64,000 nucleotides of DNA from Vitrella brassicaformis CCMP3155 (Eukaryota; Protista; Chromerida), in contig CDMY01000488.1 of NCBI GenBank assembly GCA_001179505.1, forward strand, positions 124,001 through 188,000, in the 5' to 3' direction. The notes beneath the pieces are model-generated. The model had not been told where the DNA came from and did not search any database. It saw nothing but the letters and a program-made list of their open reading frames with translations. The translations under genes and the position numbers were made by a program. Shown here piece after piece: positions 1-10,149 of the stretch (the stretch's first letter is position 1; every line of letters begins with the position of its first letter).

Positions 1-656
1 ACGCTACGAGGCAATTCATCTGAACGCATTGCTCTCTGGGGTCAGCAGCTGGGCTGGATGACAGAAGCTCTGGAGCTCACCGGCCGGGGATGAGTGGCTT
101 GAAGCAAGGCAGCTGCAAGTTAACACGTCGCTCAGGCCGACAGACCACCACGACACACGCGAATACACCTGGACTGGACGTGCTTGCCTGCCTGCAGCCC
201 AGCCTGTAGTGCACACCAACCAGCGACGCGCACGACGACAATGAATGAGTCCGCCCAGAGATCTGGCGGATGGTGGGCGAGGCCGTGCATGCTGCCAGTC
301 ATGGAGGCCACGGCAAGGGGAAAAGCTCTGGAGCCGATCGGGCGTGCGAGCTTGAAGCCAAAGATCTTGCGAGGCTGTCTGCCTTGTGTTGGGTGTAAAA
401 CGATGGGTGGCGCCCTTCCAAGTGGCCAAAAGATCACTCATCCTTGATCTCTGTAGCTGAGAGCGTGTGAGCAGACCTTCCCGTTTGTCTGCCTGCCTGC
501 CGTGGCAGGGCCGTGCAATCATGGGGGTACTCGCACTGAGGACACTGGTCTGTAAGCAGACATGAACATGAAACAGAGTTGGATGATAACGCTCTTCGTG
601 AGTGTGGTGTTTGTGTTGTTTTGTGTTGCTGCAGCGTTGTTTGCTCATCTACGCAG

Positions 657-1761
657 ATGACCCCATGAACGCAGGATGCATCGCCCTCCGCCGCAGCCGC
701 GTGGACGACATCATTGACAAACTCCACTCACACGGCCTGCCAGGTCGGCCAGCCAGGAGTCTGCCCTGACAGACAGACAGACAGACAGACAGATGGCTGT
801 CACGGTCTGGTTCTTCAGTCGACTCGTGGGACGCTGCGGCTCTCAATCTGCCGAGGGGGCTGCTTAGAGGCAACTATGACGCTGTGCTGCTGTGGACAGG
901 TGAGGGGACGAAATGCAGTGAATTGAGGGTGAATGAGCCCAATCTATCGTATGTTTCATCAGCTGACGACACTTTCTGTGATCGCAAGCGGCTCGGTGAC
1001 GAGCTGGCCGACTATGTCGATGCAGGAGGGTGCGCAACACCCCCAGCCACACACACACAGAGACAGAGGAACAATCCTGTTCGTTCTGCTCTCCTGTTGG
1101 TTGCTGGTATGGGTGCATGGGATGACTGCAGTGGTGTGGTGTGCATGTACGTGGAGCCGGGCACGCAGCCGTCCGGCAGGTGGCTGCGGGAGGAGTATCA
1201 TCCCCTCGAGCACGTATCCATCACCACTGGGCGGCACCTCGGCATCGGCAAGATACACAGAGGCCAACACCCAATACTGAGCGGTGGGTGCGGTGAGCAC
1301 CCATATATCCATCTGCCTACGAGATTGATGAGATGGATTGAATGCACTGCCTGTGAGTAGGTGTGGGCGACTTTCGTGGCGGCCGTCAGTCGTGGCACAA
1401 CGTGGGAGTCTTGAGGCCTTCAGCGAGAAGGATAGCAGACTGGACAGATGGGGTGCCGGTGAGTGAGCTACACATGCCATGCAGGTGGCCGCATGTTGCA
1501 CATCACATCCCTCTCTGCCTCTTCAGTTCCTCGCCGAATCACGGGACACACGGGTCGTCTTCCTCAACTTCTACCCCTGTAAGTACGGCACACAAAAGAC
1601 GGGATCAGCAGCTTGAGTGACAATGATCCGCCCGTGTGTGTGGTGTGTTGTATGCAGGTTCCTCCGACCTGCATCCTGGCTACTGGGACTCGTCGGGCGA
1701 CGGGACGCGTCTGATAGCCAACGCGCTGTGCTACGCCGCCAGGCGGACACACCTCATATGA
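657..1761 (+). CDS. Multi-exon gene (3' part) encoding a class I glutamine-amidotransferase-like / ThuA-like alpha/beta domain; 5' end not resolved
   Basis: Manual GT-AG splicing of about 7 exons (approx. 657-742, 817-900, 963-1028, 1131-1283, 1361-1458, 1527-1578, 1659-1761) gives ...RVDDIIDKLHSHGL-VDSWDAA..NYDAVLLWT-ADDTFCDRKRLGDELADYVDAGG-GVVCM..GRWLREEYHPL..LGIGKIHRGQHPILSG-VGDFRGGRQSWH..ARRIADWTDGVP-FLAESRDTRVVFLNFYP-SSDLHPGYWDSSGDGTRLIANALCYAARRTHLI*. The YDAV.. and L.DYV..GG.VV motifs are typical of GATase1-like folds. Confidence 0.65.
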
Positions 1762-2190
1762 GTGTGTTTGACGATGAGAATGGCTTTTTGCCTCCGTGAG
1801 TGTACATTAGGGCGGTCTCTTTGTCTGTGAGTGGTGTGGTGCCATCTTGAGCGTAGTTGTGGCTATGTGGATGGACACGATTGACCCGATCAACAACTGT
1901 TGGTAGATGCGATTGATGTGTGTGGTCTGTCACTCAATGCATGCATCGCATCGCTAGCCGCCCCGCCCGTGCAGTCAGTGCACGACAGATGGATGACGGC
2001 TTAGACACTGACACATATGAGTCCTGTCAGTCAGCTAGTCTACAGCACCACCCGTGCCTGTGAATTAGCGGTATGCATATGCCAGTCTAATTGGCTACGG
2101 AAGGGTCTATCTGTCGTGGCTGCTGGTCGTGTGACTCCTCAGTCACTCGCCACACCTGACCTGAAGGGGGGGAGAGACACAGTCCAATCG

Positions 2191-4822
2191 TCATTCATCG
2201 GCAACAAAGGCCTCAAGTGATGAGGTGTCCTCCATGCAATCCTTTACTTGACTTGCCTGCCAAACTTCAAGCGCATCCAGCACCACGCTATCGTCTCCAG
2301 CTGGCAGTCCACTGCCATCTTGGTCGTCGTTGCCCTTGTACCTGCACACACAACACCCACACACAACACGCACATTCACACATCCACCGTGTGCTAGGTG
2401 AGTGGATGACACACATCCATCCATCCATCCATTGATCCATCCTCACCCGGCAGGTATCTCGGTCTTGTCGATCCAGTGGTGGCACTGGGACAGGTCGGGG
2501 ACGGCGTGTGCATCCGCCGCTGGAAAGCGGTACCCCAGCCAGAGTCGGCCGTTGCCGAACGCCAGTTTGCCTGTGTGCTCGTGTTCGTCGTTCTCAATCC
2601 ATCCCGCACGGCCGGCCACCTCCACCTGCTGCAGATTCTCGGCGATGGTGATCTTCTTGGGCTCGTCGAAGCAACCCGACACTGACAACGGCATGGAATC
2701 GCGTGGCATGGCAGTCACCAAACAAACACTGCGTATGTGTCGGTGGGTGTGTACCTGAGAAGAAGAAGATGGGACAGTCGAAGTAGTTGGTGCTCCTGGG
2801 GCCGGGTGGGAGGGCCAACTTGCCGTCCATGTGGACGCCGAAGATGTACTTTTTGTGTCGCAGGACGAACAGGAGGCCCTCCTTGTCGCCCACCTTGTCA
2901 GGCAGCTTGGTGTAGGTGAAGCCATAGGCAGCGGACCTGACGATGGCCAGCAGGTGGTCTCATTCCACTGCCTGTGTGCTCGTGTCGGCGGGCTGGGGCT
3001 GCTTACTTGAAGACCAGCTCGCGTCGGCGGACCGGTTTGCCAATCATGCCCAGCACTTTGTTCATCTCCTCAAGGGTCAGCAGCGACATGTACATGTCCT
3101 GTCCAGGACAAGCAACCAACAATTGATTGAACCGCGCACACACGGGAATGCGCGATGTCTCCCCGGCCTGACTGACCATGTCGGGCAGCCCGAAGCTTCT
3201 GAAGTCCTTCATAAGCTGCTCCTGATCGTACGCGTGAGGGATACTGACCACACTTCCACGAGGGGAGATGCGCTGCCGCCTGGCGAAGTCAACTACCTGT
3301 TCACTCAGACACACACACACACAGCCGACTTCAAGCCAAGCCAGCGAGAAGGACACCCACCTACCTTCATAAAGTTGGACGATGAAGTCTCGTTACCTAC
3401 AGCGGCATTGTCGCCGCCCTCAGACCCCCTGGCAGACAGGCAAGGTGGGGCGGATCACACCACACCCTTATTGTCTGTGTATGTGTCGGTGTGGGTGTGT
3501 CTGTATCTCCCTCACTTGGTGAAACACTTTGCTAGGGCATTGTCCTGTCCGAGTAGCAGCAAAGTGGCCTCTGTGGTGCTCACAGTGGTCCCAAGCACTG
3601 TGGCGCTCATCACAGGCGTGCCGCCCTCGGGCTTCACCAGCTGCATGAAAGGGTCCATTACCCGATAGAAACGCTCGAGCTCATCCTTGGTCGCCTGCAC
3701 ACACAGACAGACACACGGACAGACAGACGGACGGACAGACAGGAGAAATGGACCACTGTGTGTTGCCTGAGCGTCGTGCGGCCTGCTGTTCTGCCTGCGT
3801 TGCCAACCCACCTCCATCTCGGTGATAGCAGTCTGCAGCGATCGCATCTTGTTGTCGAGTGTTCGGTGTTGTTCCTCGCCCTCGCCCTCGGCTTGGCCTT
3901 GGCCAGCCATGTGGGCGTCCTCCTCCTCCTCCTGCTGCTGCTGTTCGTCGGGCAGCTCAATCTTGAGTGTGGTTTTGTCGAAGAGCAGGCCGTGGTAGGT
4001 CCTGAAGGAGGCATCCTTCTTGTGGTGGTCCTCCCGCAGCGCTATCTCGTGGTGATGCTGCTGGTCGCGATGCATGATCACCATCTCGCCAACCAACCTA
4101 CACGCAATACAGATCAACACATCAACACATCAACAAGGCCACAAACGATGACCTTGACCCATTTGGTTGTGTCCTGCCGGTGTGTGCCTGTCTGTCTGTC
4201 TGTCTGTCTGTCTGTCCTTGTGTGTTTGTGTGTGTGTGTGTGTGTACCATTCTGCGTATAGGGGATCGATGTCGAGGAATCGGCGGTCCTTGTCGTCTAC
4301 GGGGATGGCGTTTTCATAGTGCAGCAGCACCTGGGCGAGCATCGTATCGCGCACCGCTGGCAGCAACAGCAGCTTGCGGCGGACGGGGATGACGCGACCG
4401 CCGAACTGACCAACACACCACACACAAACACAGATCAGATCCCATGACCCTCAACCTAATCTGACACAGTCCTTTCCCTCCCCTTGGCTGGCAATGCTCA
4501 CATTGATCTCGATCTGGCCGTCAGCTCCCTGCAGCTGCAGCTTGCCTCGTCGGTTGAGGATCATCTGGCGAATGTTAGTCGCGTAGCTCTCGAGCTCCTT
4601 CCCAATCGAAGTGAGTGGGTCGAGGGCACTTTGGTACAGCTTGTCGAGGGACATGCGCCCGATGCGCGGCGCCTTGCGCGCAATGGCATCTCCCGCATCG
4701 CCGTTCCTGCTCCTCTTCTGCTGTGGAGTGGCCGCGACAGCAGCTGCTGATGCCGCTGCGGCAGATCCCTCGGCTTCAGTCGTTCGTCTCTTCCTGCCGG
4801 AGCTTGTTGTGCCGGAGCTCAT
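2191..4822 (-). CDS. BTB/POZ-like + coiled-coil + TLDc-like domain protein (paralog 1)
   Basis: ATG at 4822 (MSSGTTSSGRKRR). Exons give FGGRVIPVRRKLLL..VLLHYENAIPVDDKDRRFLDIDP (BTB T1-like), then MKVVDFARRQ, then LVFK/SAAYGFTY..VGDKEGLLFVLRHKKYIFGVHMDG..DALEVWQ (TLDc-like). Stop TGA at 2191. Confidence 0.8.
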
Positions 4823-5317
4823 AGTCGCTTTCTGTTGAGAAGCCAAAGAGGCTTCTCAACACATCATTTTTCCCTTTCGCATTCGCGAGCTGTGCAGATT
4901 CTGGCCGCGGCCGCTTCGGCCAGCATTTCCAGCCGTGCAACCGGAAAACTTCAGGCAGTCCAGCTGGACGTGCGTCATTGAGTCGAGTGACTGTCCACCC
5001 ATCCATCCATCCATACATCCATCCATGACACACAGGCACCGCAGCTGACTGACGATTGACGGAGGCACCCATCCATCCCTGTCGCACGCACACAATCGAT
5101 GTGCACACCACACACAACGCAACTACATGCCATCCATCACCATTGCATTGCATTGCACGGAGAAACAGACCAAGTGTGCAGAGCACCACCTTCCTCTGTT
5201 CACACCTTACTGCCCACCCGACCTTCACCAGCAATTACTACCTTCGCCCGACATCCACACAAATAAATACGATAGGACGGGCACGCATGCGCGGACGCAC
5301 CTGGCTGGGCTGCCCCA

Positions 5318-7388
5318 TCACCCCCAGGGGTCCGGCTCCACCTGCAGCCGCACCCCCCACCCGTACCTCGGCCCCATGTCCTCCTGCGGTAGATCCATCA
5401 CACGAAAATACTCTGCCTGCTCCTCCTGCACCACACAAAGACACACAGAGGCCAGTGTGTGCCATGGGTGGGCGGCTCTCGGCGGTGTGTGGGCATGTCA
5501 GCTCACCTGCGGCCTGCTGATGAGCACGATCCGCATGGCGTCTTTGGTCAGCGGGGCGATGTAGCGGTTCAGCAGCTGCTGCAGGGTCGTCTCCATGGCA
5601 TGCCGGACGTACTTGACGTGATGACCATAACGCAGCTCCACCAGCACGGTGTCAGGCACCTTGCTGCTCCTGCACTCTCCCTCGGGTGTCGGCAAATGTG
5701 AGTGGGAGAGGGACGAGTCGAGGGACACGGTGGGGGTGGGGCGAGGGGCGGCCATGTCGATGTCTGTCTGGGGGGCCTCTGATGGTGCGCCTGGGTCGGC
5801 TCGTTGGGTCTCACAAGCGGGAGGGGGCGGGGGCGGGGGGTGCTGGTGGCCATCGATGAGAATGGGAGGTTGGGGCTCCTCGCTGGTCTGCTGCTCCTCT
5901 GCATGTGTGTGGTACTGCTGCTCCTCCTCCTCCTCTCCCGCGTACACCTCGCCCTCCCCAGCGGCCTCGCCAGCAGCCTCCTCCATCTCCTGGTTCTCGG
6001 GCGGCACGGCACTCTCGTCAATGGTGCCGTTGAGCTGCCCTTGGTCGACCTCGTCAACCACATCGCCGGCTTCGCCCTGGCCCTCCTGATAGTGGTTGGC
6101 GTCGTAGAAGCCCTGCTCGCCCTCAGCTTCACCTTCAGCTTCCTGGTGCTGCTGCTGTTGATAAGTCTCGTCTGCCCCTTGTGGGTGCTCGTGGTCTCTG
6201 TCGTCCTCGTCGTCGTCGTGCTGGTCTGTGGGCGGGGGGCCGCTGTGCTCATGCGCTTCGGAGGCAGAGTGCTCATGCCTGGTGGACAGACAGAAAGGAG
6301 AGTGACGTCGTGGACGGGCTTGTGCCTCGGTGCGCACCCATTCATGTCGGCGTGGTCGTAGGCACCGTCTTGTGGGATGGCACCGTCCCCCCGGTCACGC
6401 GAGAGGGAGCGCGAGAGCGATCGACGGCCGCCGTTGTGGTTCACTGGCGGCTGGCCATTCACCTGACGGACGGAACGGACAGAGAAGCAGGGGAATAAGG
6501 TGTCGTTAATGCGCGTGCGTGCCACCTCACGCACCATTTGCTCATCGTTCTGGTCTGCCTGCTGCTGCTGGTGGTGCTGCTGCTGCACCTCAGCAGCGGG
6601 GGTCAACTGACACAGAACAACAGGACAGGCAGACAAGGCAAGGCAACACGTGACGACCGACATTCTCCCCTCCCTCCTGACTCCCCGCCCGCCCGCCGCA
6701 TCATACTTACGGTCATCTTTCGTGTCCGGCCATCCCTGTCCCGCTTCCGCCAACCCCGGTTCGCCTCGTCCGGCCGCTTCTTCCGCTTCCGCCACTTACC
6801 ACGCGGGCCACCATTGCCACCATTGCCGCCATTGCCGCCACCACCACCACCAGCACCTTTCCCACCCGGCGTCGGCCGCCAGCCAAAGTCCTGGTCGCCC
6901 ATTTTCCTCTTGGCCCGCGGCGACCGCCGGTTATCGTCCCTGTGGTGCTCGGGCTCTCTGTCACGGTCTCGGTCGTGTGGTGGGAACCTCGGCGGGTCGA
7001 AGCGGCCACGGGGTGGTGAGCGGGGGGGAGGGGCACGGTAGAGCGGGTCATACTCATCGCCACGGGGAGGGCCGGCCCTGCTCAGACAGACATCGTACAC
7101 ACACACACACACATGTATGCGTCTATCGTCTGATGATGTGAATGAAAACTGGGTGGGTGATGGACTGACTGTACGTGTGACTGACCTTCTGGGCGATGGC
7201 GACCGCCTCCTCTGTCTCAGAGGGGGCGGCGATCGGCTGCTGGGCCGGCTACTCGGCCGCTTCCTCGTGTGCGGGGGCGGCATGGTCATCTCGTCCCGCC
7301 GATGCCGCCGATGCCGCTCATTGCCATGTGAAGGAGGGGAACCTCGAAGGCCTCGAGAGTCGCGCTCACGGGGAGGCACGTCAGCCAT
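5318..7388 (-). CDS. RS/Arg-rich and acidic disordered protein with an unnamed ~85-aa C-terminal domain (possibly ubiquitin/SUMO-like); paralog of 29070-30875
   Basis: ATG at 7388 (MADVPPRERDSR..RRRSPSPRRS), Gly-rich NLS-like exon, Glu/Gln-rich exon, then VLVELRYGHHVKYVRHAMETTLQQLLNRYIAP..RIVLISRPQ | EEQAEYFRVMDLP..WGVRLQVEPDPWG* with TGA at 5318. Confidence 0.75.
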
Positions 7389-7980
7389 TGCCGATGGGCA
7401 GCCCGCCGCACGAACAGAGCTCTGTCAGCAACAAGGACAGACAAGACGGCACAACACACGGCAGTGCGCTTGACCTGGTTCTCCTCTCTGTGTGTGTGGT
7501 GATGCTCACTTGACAGAATGGAGGGAGGAATCTCACACACGACAACCGATTGGTCAGCTGCTCACTTTCTGCAGACAGGTCAAGGAAGAGCACATGCATC
7601 ACGCCAGGCCATCCGTACCCACTGCCTGTAGTCATCTTACCTGCGACCGTTGTTCCAAGGGTTGTTCAGTTTGTTTGTGGCAATGATGAGGCCAAAAGGT
7701 ATCACAATCCGATGCTACCTGAGTGTGTGTGTGGTGGACCTCTTTTGCTCTCCTTGACTTCCGCGGCAGCGGTTTCCTACCTGCGAGCTTTGGGTCGACG
7801 GCCCTATTCGGTGAAAATGAGGACTCAGCAGCTCTCACTCTGCTGTCCATATCCCCTGCCGCAGCTTTGATCTCGCCCTCATGCCCGGATGCAGTTGGAA
7901 GATCTGCATGCCGTCATCACGACACTGCAGCCGCTGGTGTGCGGCCGGCAGCGCAGGGAGTGGTGCCAGAGAAGCAGGGC

Positions 7981-9094
7981 ATGGACTGGAGCCGGTATCC
8001 TAATGTAGATAGATAGGGACTTCCCTGGGCTGGGCTGCGGATGCTGAACGAGGAGCCGCCTGTTATGCTTGTCTGTCGACCGCTTTCTAGGCGACGGTGA
8101 ATGCGACGGCATAGTGGCGGCTGTCCATGAGGGGAAGCTGAACCGAATCGCGTGAGGAATGGAACGAAAACGTTGGAGGCGGTCTGTCTGTTCAGTGTAT
8201 GTCTGCTTGTTGTCAGGGGCAGGCTGATGCACATTGGTTGTTGCCCATCATTTTCATCAGTGAGTGGGCGAATGACATCGCCGTCGTTCGTTTGTGCAGG
8301 CACCCTTCCCGTACTTGCTCACCAGTTCGATCTGTCATCCCTTTCCTTCGCCCCCCTCCCCCTGCTATCTTTCTTATGCGGTTGGCTCTCCCTCATGGCG
8401 CTCTCCAGGACCCTCGTCAGCGCCCTGCTCACTGCCACCATCGGCGTGGTCAACCACCTCTATCGCGGCCGCACCTTCACGGGCGCCAAATACCCCCGGT
8501 AACTGGTGCAAGCGGACAGAGCAAGCCAGCTGCTGATAGGCTCATTCGTGGCTCGAGGACAGCGGCTGTTTCGCAGCTAACGGGGGCAAGAGCTGTGTGT
8601 GAGTCGGTTCGAGCCGGTGACTGTGACGCGGTATCTCGATGGCTGGCGAGTACCAGGCGCCCCATGAGGACGCGAGGGGTGACCTGCAGGAGTGGGGGAG
8701 GGAGGGGGGAGGCGGCCAGCGGCTCGTGCAGCTCATTTGCTACCTGAACTCGCTGCACGAGCACCAAGGCGGGGAGACCGCTTTCCTTCACTCTGCTTTG
8801 GGTGGGCAAGGACAGGACACCATGGATGGATCGCTAGATGGGTGCCTGTGTGTGTGTGTGTGTGTGTGTGCAGGGAGCGCACTGGTTTTCTTCCCGACGT
8901 TTCGTGACGGCAAGATGGACCCCCGGATGCGCCACTGTGGCCAAAAGGTCTGCGGCGGGGTGGAGAAGTGGATAGTCGGCACGTGGCTGTGCGAGCAGCC
9001 CATCACCAGCGACACTCACCGAGGAGATGCCACGCGGCCAAGCCGGGCCGATTCTTTCGGCTGTGGTGCAATCGTCAAGGGCAGCATAGAATAG
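7981..9094 (+). pseudogene. Prolyl-4-hydroxylase-like 2OG-Fe(II) dioxygenase, disrupted by frameshifts and in-frame stops; 5' end uncertain (about 7800)
   Basis: Motifs PPVMLV/DRFLGDGEC, FEPVTVTRY, GEYQAPHED (HxD at 8663-8671), QRLVQLICYLN..GGETAF, GSALVFFP..DPRMRHCG..V.GG.EKWIVGTW lie in different frames. The frames are separated by 4-5 bp tandem duplications, with in-frame stops at 8014 (TAG), 8500 and 8578 (TAA). Confidence 0.75.
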
Positions 9095-10149
9095 CATAGC
9101 ACGGCCGGTCTGGTCGCTTTTTTTGGTTTGTTTTGTTTTGTTTTTTTCCTTCGTCGGCCTGTCATCCTGTCTGCCTGTCATCCTGTCTGCCTGTCTGCCT
9201 GCCTGCCTGCCTGCCATCTACCCTTGTACATAGAAAGATAGCCCCTTCCTGACACCGTCCCCCCCACTCCACCAATTCTCTGGTGCTGCTGCTGCTGCTG
9301 CTGAGGATGCTCACAGTTTTGCCTGGCTCTTTCGCTGACTGACTGACTGACTGCTGTAGGGAGAGGGAGGAGATTAGAGGAGATGGGATGAGAGGAGGGA
9401 CACACGGGCCACATCGCAGCATCGCAGAGAGAGAGAGGGGGGGGAGAGGGAGGGAGAGAGGATTTCCGCCAACCCACGTACCACTTGGTTGCCACTGTCT
9501 GTCTGTCTGTCTGTCTAGCTGGACCTGCCTTGGTTCTCCGCTGCCTACCAGCCAGCCTGCGTGCCTGTTTGCAAACATACGCGAGAGAGAGAGGGCCTAA
9601 GGGTTCAGTGCTGAGTACTGGATGGATGGATGGATGGGTGTGATTGTTCGACTGAGTTGAGGGATCCGTTTGGTTCATCAGTCAGTATTTGTGGACGCAT
9701 GCAGTGCACGCCCCTGTGAGGTGCTGTGCTCTCGGCGCGCCAACGACACGCATCAGTCTTTCGGGCAAGTTTCGGAAGCAAGGGCCTGTATGCAATGCAT
9801 GTCTGTGTGTCTGCCTAAATCCTATGGTCCTCCTCTCTTTCGCTCTCTTTCGATCGGCAATGAGCGTCTCGCCCCAACGGTTGACCGACACGCACCACAA
9901 GAGAGGTCCATTCATTCACAAATCCACATCATCCGCCGACCCATCCACCATCCCATCCCATCATCGTGTCTACATGGCACGTTCCGATTCTACATACGGA
10001 CCTGTTATCAACATCAAGTCCATGGACATGCAGCAGCAGAGTTGACTCATTCACCAAACAAACACGTCCACACACCATCCGCACGCACGCGCACACACTC
10101 ACACCCACAGATTACGGGAAAGGCCGCCCCCTGAGTGCTTTTTTTGCGC

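Noticed and set aside
5569-6795. 408-aa ORF and other long overlapping or antisense ORFs over GC-rich exons (e.g. 12521-13528, 27351-28103, 46602-47519)
   Set aside because: These are shadow ORFs of real coding exons in a high-GC genome; 5569-6795 is only partly the true frame.
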